A DNA stretch of 49,063 nucleotides from Brevundimonas sp. (GTDB lineage: Bacteria; Pseudomonadota; Alphaproteobacteria; Caulobacterales; Caulobacteraceae), in NCBI GenBank assembly GCA_036963825.1, contig JBALUZ010000001.1, positions 1-49,063 on the forward strand, in the 5' to 3' direction. The notes under the pieces were generated by a model. It was not told the DNA's origin. It did no database searches and was given only the letters and a program-made list of their open reading frames with translations. Positions within the stretch are counted from its first letter, which is position 1; the number at the start of each line of letters is the position of its first letter. Below, one piece after another: positions 18,226 to 32,265 of the stretch. The translations under genes and the position numbers were made by a program.

Positions 18226-18864
18226 TCACGGGGCGTAGTTGTAGCGGTGCCGGATGAACAGGGCGCCGTCATGATTCTCGACGCGTCGGAGCCTGATTTC
18301 AAAATCCTGGTAGAAGTCGGCGCCCGGCGCGCTGTTCGTCCAGGTCTTGACCAGGGCGATGATGGAGGTCGGGTCGTCAGGACGCAGCAGCTGCGCGCCC
18401 GTCACCTGTCCGCCGGTCCATTCCCGCGTCGGGGCGAAGGCCTGCTCCCGACTGAGGGTCGGGTCGTGCACCGCGCAGACGAGGGCGTCCGAATAGTCGA
18501 CGATGGTCGTGGTGAAGCCGATCGAGGTCCCCAGGTTGAGACGCCCCGGCCCCAGTTCGCCGATCCAGACGGTGGTGCGATAGCCCAGGTGGTCCAGAGC
18601 CACCCAGCGTTCGCGCACGATGTCCCGCGTGCTGAAGGTGGGCGGGCGGCGGAACGCGCCGTCGTCCGGCTTGGCGTCGAGACGCCGGGCCATGGCCTCG
18701 AACGCCTCCCACGAAAAGTCCTCGTTGGGACAGAACAGCGCAAGCTGGTCGATGGCGCTGCGGGCCGCCTGCTCCGCCGGGTCGCGTTCCGCGGGCGGCG
18801 CCCGGTCACAGGCGGCGAGCTGGGCGGCGAGGACGACGGCGATCAGGGACGCGGGACGGATCAT
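18226..18864 (-). CDS. Hypothetical lipoprotein
   Basis: [19 protein letters not shown] lipobox; AGGAAAG RBS-like sequence upstream; coding-like composition. Confidence 0.75.
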   Translation of the reverse strand: MIRPASLIAVVLAAQLAACDRAPPAERDPAEQAARSAIDQLALFCPNEDFSWEAFEAMARRLDAKPDDGAFRRPPTFSTRDIVRERWVALDHLGYRTTVWIGELGPGRLNLGTSIGFTTTIVDYSDALVCAVHDPTLSREQAFAPTREWTGGQVTGAQLLRPDDPTSIIALVKTWTNSAPGADFYQDFEIRLRRVENHDGALFIRHRYNYAP

Positions 18865-18879
18865 CTGAAACGGCTTTCC

Positions 18880-19515
18880 TTATCGGGAGCAGGCGTCGGG
18901 ACGGGCGTTGCACCGGGCGCGCTCCCACACGCCCGGCAGGCCGGGGTGCGGCGGATGGAACGTCACATGGGCGTAGCCGGTGCCTTCGAAGAAGCGGACG
19001 ATGAAGGGGCCCTGGTAGTTCAGCCAGTCGCCGTAGCCGCCGTGGCGATAGGGCAGCCCGTCGTCGAGGCTGTCCTCATGGGGCAGGAAGATGCTGTGTC
19101 CGTACGCCAGCGGTGGACCGTTGGCGGTCACCTGGACCATCCAGCCCATCGGGCTGCAGATATCGGCCCGTTCTTCCTGAAGGCACGGCTGGATGACAAT
19201 GCGGGCGCGCTCGCCGGTGGGGGGCGGCTGGTCAGGAAACGCAGAGACGTCGCGGCTGCAGGCGCCGGCGCCTGCGTCGGCGGTGATGACGGCGTCCAGC
19301 CACACCACCTCGGCGTCATGCTCGCGGGCGAACGCGTGCAGCGCCGCCATGCCGTCGATCTCGGCGGCGGTCTGTTCGGCGCCGTCGTCGTAGCAGTGCA
19401 GCCGGAACTGCACGGCGGGCAGGGCCTCCGGCCCCTGCCCCTGCGCCTGCGCCTGCGCCGGCACGGCCTGCAGGCTGATGACGGCCGCCGCCGCGAACCA
19501 GACCGGACTCCTCAT
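18880..19515 (-). CDS. Hypothetical exported protein (six Cys)
   Basis: Signal peptide ending AQA; strong RBS GGAGGTG. Confidence 0.78.
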   Translation of the reverse strand: MRSPVWFAAAAVISLQAVPAQAQAQGQGPEALPAVQFRLHCYDDGAEQTAAEIDGMAALHAFAREHDAEVVWLDAVITADAGAGACSRDVSAFPDQPPPTGERARIVIQPCLQEERADICSPMGWMVQVTANGPPLAYGHSIFLPHEDSLDDGLPYRHGGYGDWLNYQGPFIVRFFEGTGYAHVTFHPPHPGLPGVWERARCNARPDACSR

Positions 19516-19571
19516 GCCTCACCTCCCCGGCTGCCCGGGGATCAGAAGACCCGAAAAATCCGCTCCGGACG

Positions 19572-19591
19572 ACCTGTCAGAATTCCCATCT
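19572..19591. promoter_or_regulatory. Lux-box-like element upstream of the 19515/18864 genes
   Basis: ACCTGTCAGAATTCCCATCT: one half matches the ACCTGT..GA lux/RpaR-box arm, the other is degenerate. Lies 57-76 bp upstream of the ATG, next to luxR. Confidence 0.5.
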
Positions 19592-19683
19592 TGGCGGCGA
19601 GGACGTCCGGCGGCGACACTGCCTCCGATCTTGAAAGGGGAGGCCCGGCCATGCTGCGGCGTCATCCATCAGGGCGGGGCGCG

Positions 19684-20439
19684 TCAGATCAGGCCCTTAC
19701 GCACTGCGACGGCCACCGCCTCGGCGATGGTGCGGGCGCCCAGCTTCCGTCGCGCGTTGGCCGCGTGCATGTCGACGGTGCGCTTGGACAGGCCCATGCG
19801 GTCCGCGATGCGGTCAGGGCGAAGCCCCTGGGCGAAACGGCCCAGGACGTCCCGCTCCCGGCCGGTCAGCGGGTCGGCGTCGCGCGGCCCGTCCAGCGCC
19901 GGCGCCAGCAGGGGCGCCATGGCGAAGGACGCGATCACCAGTTCGTTGCGATGGCGTTCGATGCGTCGGCGGGTCTCGTCGATGGAGGCGGACGAACAGC
20001 CGAAGGACGCGGCGAAGCGCCGGTCGCGGCCGTTCTCCGCATGGCGTCCGACGAAGGACATGGCGGCTCCCAGCCCCGCGTCGGCGACCCCCGTCAGCAC
20101 AGGGCGGGTCGCTCTCGACACGTGGCTTTCGTCGGCCATGTGCAGGCCCCAGTCGAAGACCGCGGTCGGGCGGGCTTCGCTCATCGCCTCGACCCGGCCG
20201 ATCACATAGTCATGGGCGGGGTAGTCGCGGGCGAAATACTCCTCCATCCAGGCGTCCGGCAGGGAGGTCCAGATGCGCAGCACCTCCGCCTGATCGCTGG
20301 TCGCGCCATCAAGGAAGCCGAGGGTGAAATGGTCCAGACCGAAATCTCGCAGGAAGTCGGTGTAGGCCGCCACCACGCGGCCTTCGTCGGTCCGCCCCGC
20401 CATCATGACGGCGAGCAGTCGCTCAAGAGCAGGCGTCAT
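19684..20439 (-). CDS. LuxR solo (autoinducer-binding domain plus HTH)
   Basis: [20 protein letters not shown]...FDW; [12 protein letters not shown]...[24 protein letters not shown]. No luxI in the window. Confidence 0.92.
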   Translation of the reverse strand: MTPALERLLAVMMAGRTDEGRVVAAYTDFLRDFGLDHFTLGFLDGATSDQAEVLRIWTSLPDAWMEEYFARDYPAHDYVIGRVEAMSEARPTAVFDWGLHMADESHVSRATRPVLTGVADAGLGAAMSFVGRHAENGRDRRFAASFGCSSASIDETRRRIERHRNELVIASFAMAPLLAPALDGPRDADPLTGRERDVLGRFAQGLRPDRIADRMGLSKRTVDMHAANARRKLGARTIAEAVAVAVRKGLI

Positions 20440-20520
20440 AGCCCCTCCCGCGCCGTGGCGCGGTTCCCCTTCAAGGCCCCCATAAGCGTGACCTTAAGGC
20501 GCAGCAGCCGCCCATGGCAA

Positions 20521-20934
20521 ATGGCCGCGGCCCTGCTGGCGTCCGTCGGCCTCTGCGCCGCCGCGGCGCCCGCAGCCGCCCAGACCCTGGGCCGGGGGGA
20601 CTATCAACGCTGCGCCGTCTACGACCGGGACGGAGACTTCGCCGGCTATGACAGCGTCTGCCTGGCGGCCCGACGGGCCGCCCTGCGGGACCTGGCCCGG
20701 GACGCCTATGGCGGAAGCCGTTGGGACGAGGGGGCTCGCGGACGCGCGGCGACCAGCACCGGCATCTATTTCTGCCCGCACTGGGCCAATCAGGGGCGGG
20801 GCTGGTCGGTGGGTGGCGTGACCGACTACGGCTCGGGCCTGTATGCATCGGGCTACGCCACGGTCGATGCGCCGGTGAACGGCCGCCTGTGCACGCCGCG
20901 GCCGGTGAACTACCAGGGCACGGGCTATGACTGA
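20521..20934 (+). CDS. Hypothetical exported protein (four mature Cys, Gly/Tyr-rich)
   Basis: Only the tail of ORF 17968-20934 looks coding: signal peptide [21 protein letters not shown]. Alternative GTG start at 20488. Confidence 0.7.
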   Translation: MAAALLASVGLCAAAAPAAAQTLGRGDYQRCAVYDRDGDFAGYDSVCLAARRAALRDLARDAYGGSRWDEGARGRAATSTGIYFCPHWANQGRGWSVGGVTDYGSGLYASGYATVDAPVNGRLCTPRPVNYQGTGYD

Positions 20935-21844
20935 GCGGAAAGGCCCCGGCATGGCGGGCGCCGCGATCCTGCTGGCCGCCCTGGCCCTGGCGGGCGCCTC
21001 GCACGGCGCCGCCGGAACCCGGCGCGACATCATCATCGAGGTCCCGCCCGAGGCCAAGGGACTGCTGCGGTCCGATGAGCCCCGGGACGACGCGCTCACA
21101 GCGCAGTCGCTTCTGTCGGACGGGCGCCGCTATGACTGCTGGGTGTTCGGGGTCGAGCCGGGCGATGATGCGACGGTCTCCGTCAACACCAATGCGTTCA
21201 GCCCCGTGGTCGTGATCCTGCCGGAGCCGGTGTGCGACGGCCGCACGGCGCTCTATATGGACCGGGCGTCAGGGTCATCGCGCCTGCATGCCTCGGTGAC
21301 CTTCAACGCGCCGCGAAACGCCTTTGGCGTGCTGGTCAGCAGCCGCCGCCGCGGCGTGGTCGGGCCCTACCGGATCACCTTCATCCAGGAGGTCGCGGCG
21401 AACGCCCCGTCATGGCGCGCCTACACCCCCAGCGAGCCGGAACGGCTGGTGCAATCGCTCTACGACGAGGACAGCCGCGCCGACTTCGGCGACCCGGCTT
21501 TCATCGACCGGACCCTGGCCCCGGCCGCGGCCGGGGCGCTGAAGGCGCTGAACGCGGAGACCGACGGCTACGGCCTGGGTTTCGACGTCCTGGTCGACGG
21601 CCAGGACTCGGACATCACCGAGCCGGAGATCAGCACGCGGGTCTGGCTGGCCCGCAGCAGCCTGGTCGACGTGCGCTTCCTCAACATGGGCGAGCCGGTC
21701 CACCTGGTCTTCCACATGCGCGAGACCCCGGCCGGCTGGCGCGTCGAGGACATCGAGTCGCGCGACCGGAACAATGACCAGACCTGGCTGCTCTCGGACC
21801 TGCTGGGGCTCGACCTCGGGGTCGCGGCCGCGCGCCAGGAATGA
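20927..21844 (+). CDS. Exported protein, PPC-like N-domain plus DUF3828/YbjP-like C-domain
   Basis: Signal peptide; [25 protein letters not shown]...GPYRI; PERLVQSLY...[12 protein letters not shown]...VRFLNMG...GWRVEDI. Confidence 0.7.
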   Translation: MTERKGPGMAGAAILLAALALAGASHGAAGTRRDIIIEVPPEAKGLLRSDEPRDDALTAQSLLSDGRRYDCWVFGVEPGDDATVSVNTNAFSPVVVILPEPVCDGRTALYMDRASGSSRLHASVTFNAPRNAFGVLVSSRRRGVVGPYRITFIQEVAANAPSWRAYTPSEPERLVQSLYDEDSRADFGDPAFIDRTLAPAAAGALKALNAETDGYGLGFDVLVDGQDSDITEPEISTRVWLARSSLVDVRFLNMGEPVHLVFHMRETPAGWRVEDIESRDRNNDQTWLLSDLLGLDLGVAAARQE

Positions 21845-21883
21845 CCCTCGCGCCCCGGCGGCCGGACGCCGCGCCGCCCGGGT

Positions 21884-22408
21884 TCAATCCCGGACGACGC
21901 CGAAGCCGACGTCGGACAGCCTCAGCGACGGACTCAGCGCGTCGGGGCCGCCCTCGCTGACGGGCCGAACGAGACGGTGGCTGCACGGCGCGCCGGGCGC
22001 CGCGTCACTGACGGGGTGACAGTCCTCCAGCCATTCGGCGATGTCGCCCCCTCGAGGCGTCCATTCCGCCAGGCGCGGCAGGCGGTGGCTGCGGCCCGCC
22101 CGCGCCGACAGCCAGCCCAGATAAAGCCGGGCGTCGTCCCAGGACACCCCGGTGGCGGGGGCGTCAGGACGGCCGTCGATGCGGAACGGGCAGGCCCCCT
22201 CGCCTGCGCAGCGGTTCCAGTCCCCCACCGTGACCAGCCCGCCCGCCCGGGCCGCCGGGTCGCCCGACAGCGCCCCGCCGGTCACGCAGGCCGCCAGCAG
22301 CAGGCCGGTTCCGGACGCCGCGACGGCGGATGCGAGACGTCCCCACGCGACGCCGCAAACCCGCGATCTGTGCTCCCGGAGAGAAGACGATCCGCTCATG
22401 GGGCGCAT
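21884..22408 (-). CDS. Miniaturised FGE/SUMF1-fold lipoprotein
   Basis: Lipobox LLLAAC; VTVGDW, PATGVSWDDA..YLGWLS, RLPRLAEW, GDIAEWLEDC, VGFGVVRD. Start uncertain (22435/22408/22399). Confidence 0.65.
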   Translation of the reverse strand: MRPMSGSSSLREHRSRVCGVAWGRLASAVAASGTGLLLAACVTGGALSGDPAARAGGLVTVGDWNRCAGEGACPFRIDGRPDAPATGVSWDDARLYLGWLSARAGRSHRLPRLAEWTPRGGDIAEWLEDCHPVSDAAPGAPCSHRLVRPVSEGGPDALSPSLRLSDVGFGVVRD

Positions 22409-22506
22409 GGGATGGTCGATCGCCCCGCTAATCAATACGGGAAATCATGCAGCCTCACCGGGCGGCGGTCTGCGGCAGCCCCTTTCGGCCGCTGGCCGCG
22501 GCCTGT

Positions 22507-23580
22507 CTAGACGGGCGCGCCGAACCGCCAGATCGTGTGATGGCGGTAGGTTTCTCCCGGGTCGAGACGCGCCGAAGGGAAGGCGGGCTGGTTCGGGGCG
22601 TCGGGGTAGTTCTGGGGCTCCAGGCACAGACCCTGTCCCTGCCGGTAGGCGACCCCGCCCCGCCCTGTCAGCTCTCCGGTGAGGTAATTGCCGGAGTAGA
22701 CCTGCAGTCCCGGCTCGGTGGTCAGCAGATCCATCACCCGGCCTGACTGCGGATCGGCCAGGCGCGCGGCGAAGGTCGGGGTCTGTGTCCGCCCCTCGTC
22801 GCGGACGAAGTTGTGGTCATAGCCGCGCCCGGCGCGGATCTGGGGATCCCGGGCGTCGCGGACCCGGTCTCCGATCCGGCGGGCGATCCGGAAGTCGAAG
22901 GGCGTGCCCTCCACGGGCCGGATTTCGCCCGTGGGGATCAGGCTGTCGTCCACCGGGGTGTAGGCGGAGGCGGCGAGGGTCAGCGCGTGATCCATCACAT
23001 CGCGGTCGCCGTCCGCCCCGGCCAGGTTGAAATAGCCGTGGGGCGCCAGCGACACCACGGTGGGCGCGTCGGTGACAGCCTCCAGGACGAGGTCCAGCTG
23101 ATTGACCTGCGCGGCCAGCCGGTAGGTGGCCGTGACGGACAGGCGCCCGGGAAAGCCCTGGTCGCCGTCCGGGCTGACGTGGCTCAACACCACCTCGCGA
23201 TCTTCGACAGACACGATGCGCCAGACTGCTTTGTCCAGCCCCCGGACGCCGCCGTGCAGGGCGTTGGCGCCTTCGTTCGCAGCGATGCGGAAGGTGCGAC
23301 CGTCCAGGCTGAAGGCGGCGCCGCCGATGCGGTTGGCGTAGCGGCCCACACAGGCCCCCATGAAGTGGGGCTGGCGCAAGTAGGGCTCCAGCGTGTCGTG
23401 GCCCAGCAGCACGTGGCCGAGGCGCCCGTCGCGGTCGGGCGTCTGAACTCCCTGCAGCGAGGCCCCCAGGGTGATCACGTCCACCTGCATGCCCGCGCCG
23501 TTGCGCAGGCTGATGCGCTCCACGACCTCGCCCTCCGGCGTGACGCCGAACCGGAGGCGGTCCGGATGGGACTGGGGCAT
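22507..23580 (-). CDS. galM: Aldose 1-epimerase (mutarotase)
   Basis: GACVGRYANRI, LHGG, GDQGFPG, HGYFNL, GYDHNF, GLCLEPQ; RBS GGAGGTG before ATG 23580. Confidence 0.95.
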   Translation of the reverse strand: MPQSHPDRLRFGVTPEGEVVERISLRNGAGMQVDVITLGASLQGVQTPDRDGRLGHVLLGHDTLEPYLRQPHFMGACVGRYANRIGGAAFSLDGRTFRIAANEGANALHGGVRGLDKAVWRIVSVEDREVVLSHVSPDGDQGFPGRLSVTATYRLAAQVNQLDLVLEAVTDAPTVVSLAPHGYFNLAGADGDRDVMDHALTLAASAYTPVDDSLIPTGEIRPVEGTPFDFRIARRIGDRVRDARDPQIRAGRGYDHNFVRDEGRTQTPTFAARLADPQSGRVMDLLTTEPGLQVYSGNYLTGELTGRGGVAYRQGQGLCLEPQNYPDAPNQPAFPSARLDPGETYRHHTIWRFGAPV

Positions 23581-23771
23581 GATCACCTCCGGAATGGATC
23601 GAGGAGCCTGTTTGACATGTTTCCGCGCGCCTTCAATCCCGCACAAGCCGCCGCGTCCACGCCTGTTCGGGTCCGCCACGGCCCATGATCGGCCAATGCG
23701 CACAGCGGCAGTCAGATCTTCATGAAAGCTGCGGCCCGGCGCCTCGGCGCCCCCGGTCACGCCGAGGCGGG

Positions 23772-23796
23772 GGAACACGCGGAGCCTGCCACCGTT
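23772..23796 (+). promoter_or_regulatory. SigmaT/EcfG general-stress promoter of the glgE operon
   Basis: GGAAC-N16-CGTT, exact consensus, 36 bp before the glgE ATG. Confidence 0.8.
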
Positions 23797-23832
23797 GTTG
23801 AACCACAAGCCTAGCATCTGATCTGGAATCTC

Positions 23833-26748
23833 ATGCCCCTCACCGGCCCCGGTGCGTGCCCGCGCGCCTGCATCATCGACGCCGCCTCGCTGGAGCCCGG
23901 CAGGCTCGACGCCCGGCTGGGCGAAATCGCCGGGCTCGGCTTCGACAGCGTCGTGGTGCGGCTGGATTCGCATGTCTACTCCGGCGTCCCGGGAAGCCCG
24001 GACGCCGCGCCGGAAGGCTTGCGGGACGCGGCGCGGCGCGCCGGGCTGGCCGTGACGGCGGAGCTGCCGCCGCTGCTGCTGGACGAGGATCATCCTTTGG
24101 CGAGGGCCGAGCCCGGCGCCTTTCTACCCAACCCGGCCGCAGGCCGGGCCGGCCCGGCCGATCCGCGCCGGCCGGAGACCCTGCATGACGGCTGCCTGAG
24201 GCTGGCGCGCGCGGAGCCGGGGCCTGGCGTGACGGACTGGCTCGCCGCCTTGCTGGGCCGGCTCTCCGCCTGGTTCGACCGTGTCTCGCCGCCTCCGGGC
24301 GACCCCGCCCTCGGCCGGCTCCTGACAGCGCTTCAGGATGGTGACCCGGCTGCGTCGCATCCAGCCGGCGCCGACACCCTGCCCCGGCTGACGCTGGATG
24401 GCGGGGCTCTCCCAGCCGCGGATCGACGGGCCGCGCTGGCGTCCGTCGCGCTGGACGGGCGCGGCTGGATCATGGAGGCGGGCTACGAGGACGGCGTCGC
24501 CGAGGCGGTCCGGGCGACAAACGATCTGCTCCGGAGCGCCGGGGCCGGCGCCCCTGTACGACGCCTGACGGGCCCCGCAGCGCCGCTGGATGTGCGTCTG
24601 GCGCGGCGCGGCGAGACCGGTCTGCTGCTGGTCCGCAACCGCACGGGCGAGGTCCAGCCCTGCACGATCGAAACCCTCCCGACGGCAGGGCTGACAGCGC
24701 TTTCGCCGATCGCGGGGTTTGACGGCGACGAGGCCGGGACCATCGGGGCGCGCCAGGTGCGTCTGTTCGAGGCGCGGCCGTCAGCGCCCGTCCGGCCGAA
24801 GCGCAACCGGACCGCGCAGGATCTGAAAGCGGCCACAGCCGCATCCGCGCGTGTCGTGGTGGACAATCTCGACCCGGCGGTCGACCAGGGCGCCTGGGCC
24901 GTCAAGCGGGTGATCGGGGATACGCTCGCGGTGCAGGCGGATGTGATCACCGACGGGCACGAGCAGCTTGCCGCAGCCCTGCTGGTCAAGGCCGACGACG
25001 AGCCCGACTGGCGGCGATATCCAATGCTGGCCCTGCCCAACGACCGGTTCGGCGGCGCGGCGCCGCTGCTGCGGCTGGGGCGCCACGCCTATGTGATCGA
25101 GGCCTGGATCGACGAATGGGGCGGCTTCGTCCGCGACCTCCGCAAGAAGCTGGACGCCGGTCTGGACGTGGCGCTGGAGGTGCGCGAGGGCCGCGCCCTG
25201 ATGGAGGGGGCGGGCCCTGGTCTGAAGCCGTTCCTGGCGCAACTGGACGCAACCGAGGATGCGGACGGCCGTGCGGCGCTGCTGCTGCGGGACGACCTGG
25301 GCGAGGCGATGGCGGCGGCGGTCACGCCGCGCTTTCTGACGCGAAGTCATGTGCAGCCGGTGGAGGTCGAGCGCGAGGCGGCGCGGTTCTCAAGCTGGTA
25401 CGAACTGTTTCCCCGCTCGCAGACCGACGACAAGGCGAGGCCCGGGACGCTGCTGGATGTGATCGGCGCCTTGCCCCGGGTCAGGGCCATGGGCTTCGAC
25501 ACCCTGTACTTCACCCCCATCCACCCCATCGGGCGGCGCAACCGCAAGGGTCCGAACAACACCCTGGCCCCGGGGCCCGACGACGTCGGCAGCCCCTACG
25601 CCATCGGCGCGGCCGAGGGCGGCCACACCGCCGTCCATCCCGAGCTGGGCACGCTGGAGGATTTCCGCACCCTGGTGGCGGCTGCGGCGGATCACGGGCT
25701 GGAGATCGCCCTCGACTTCGCCATCCAGTGCGCGCCGGATCACCCCTGGCTGACGGAACATCCCGGCTGGTTCGCCTGGCGGCCCGACGGCTCGATGAAA
25801 TACGCCGAGAACCCGCCGAAGAAATATCAGGACATCGTCAACGTCGATTTCTACGCCGCCGACGCGATCCCGGGATTATGGCAGGCGCTGCGCGACGTGG
25901 TGCTGTTCTGGGCCGGCGAGGGCGTCCGCACCTTCCGGGTCGACAATCCGCACACCAAGCCGCTGCCGTTCTGGCGCTGGATGATCGCCGAGGTGAAGGC
26001 GGTCCACCCCGACGTGCTGTTCCTGTCGGAGGCCTTCACCCGGCCCAAGCCCATGTACCAGCTGGCCAAGGTGGGCTTCTCGCAGTCGTACACCTACTTC
26101 ACCTGGCGCAACACCAAGGCCGAGCTGACCGAATATCTGACCGAGCTGAACGGGCCGGTGCGGGAGTTCTTCCGGCCCCACTTCTTCGTCAACACGCCGG
26201 ACATCAATCCGTACTTCCTGCAGTCCGGGACCCGCGCCGCCTTCCTGATCCGCGCCGCCCTGGGGGCCACCCTGTCCGGGCTGTTCGGCGTCTACGCCGG
26301 GTTCGAGCTGTGCGAGTTCGAGGCCCTGCCCGGCCGCGAGGAGTACCTGGACAGCGAGAAGTACGAGGTCCGGGTCCGGCCTCATCGCCGGCCGGGCGAC
26401 ATCGTCGACGAGATCACCGCGCTGAACGCCCTGCGTCGCGAGCATCCGCATCTGCAGAGCCACCTCGGCATCACCTTCCACAACGCCTTCAACGATCAGG
26501 TGCTCTACTTCTCGAAGACCGCGCCGGGTCATGACGACCGCATCCTGGTGGCCGTCAACCTGGACCCGCACCATCCGCAGGCGGCCGATTTCGAGGTCCC
26601 GCTGTGGGAGTTCGGTCTCGGCGACGGCGACAGCGTCGCGGTCGAGGACCTGCTGGAGGGCCACGCCTTCCGCTGGGCCGGCAAGATCCAGCACCTCCGC
26701 CTGACGCCCGAGCGTCCCTACGCCATCTGGCGCATCTCCAAGTCCTGA
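23833..26748 (+). CDS. glgE: Alpha-1,4-glucan:maltose-1-phosphate maltosyltransferase with N-terminal extension
   Basis: FSSWYELFPRS, YAENPPKKYQDI, FRVDNPHTKP, LSEAFT, VNTPDI. Confidence 0.95.
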   Translation: MPLTGPGACPRACIIDAASLEPGRLDARLGEIAGLGFDSVVVRLDSHVYSGVPGSPDAAPEGLRDAARRAGLAVTAELPPLLLDEDHPLARAEPGAFLPNPAAGRAGPADPRRPETLHDGCLRLARAEPGPGVTDWLAALLGRLSAWFDRVSPPPGDPALGRLLTALQDGDPAASHPAGADTLPRLTLDGGALPAADRRAALASVALDGRGWIMEAGYEDGVAEAVRATNDLLRSAGAGAPVRRLTGPAAPLDVRLARRGETGLLLVRNRTGEVQPCTIETLPTAGLTALSPIAGFDGDEAGTIGARQVRLFEARPSAPVRPKRNRTAQDLKAATAASARVVVDNLDPAVDQGAWAVKRVIGDTLAVQADVITDGHEQLAAALLVKADDEPDWRRYPMLALPNDRFGGAAPLLRLGRHAYVIEAWIDEWGGFVRDLRKKLDAGLDVALEVREGRALMEGAGPGLKPFLAQLDATEDADGRAALLLRDDLGEAMAAAVTPRFLTRSHVQPVEVEREAARFSSWYELFPRSQTDDKARPGTLLDVIGALPRVRAMGFDTLYFTPIHPIGRRNRKGPNNTLAPGPDDVGSPYAIGAAEGGHTAVHPELGTLEDFRTLVAAAADHGLEIALDFAIQCAPDHPWLTEHPGWFAWRPDGSMKYAENPPKKYQDIVNVDFYAADAIPGLWQALRDVVLFWAGEGVRTFRVDNPHTKPLPFWRWMIAEVKAVHPDVLFLSEAFTRPKPMYQLAKVGFSQSYTYFTWRNTKAELTEYLTELNGPVREFFRPHFFVNTPDINPYFLQSGTRAAFLIRAALGATLSGLFGVYAGFELCEFEALPGREEYLDSEKYEVRVRPHRRPGDIVDEITALNALRREHPHLQSHLGITFHNAFNDQVLYFSKTAPGHDDRILVAVNLDPHHPQAADFEVPLWEFGLGDGDSVAVEDLLEGHAFRWAGKIQHLRLTPERPYAIWRISKS

Positions 26749-26760
26749 GTTCGGATTCCC

Positions 26761-32264
<5,504 letters not shown>

Positions 32265-32265
32265 G

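Noticed and set aside
19434-19458. Hexamer repeat (CTGCGC)n as a phase-variation tract
   Set aside because: In frame; simply encodes AQAQAQGQG at the signal-peptide junction.
17968-20520. 988-aa plus-strand ORF 17968-20934
   Set aside because: Mostly the antisense shadow of three real minus-strand genes; only the last ~137 codons have a signal peptide and coding character.
21884-22408. FGE/CLec domain as a diversity-generating retroelement target
   Set aside because: No reverse transcriptase, avd or template repeat in the window.
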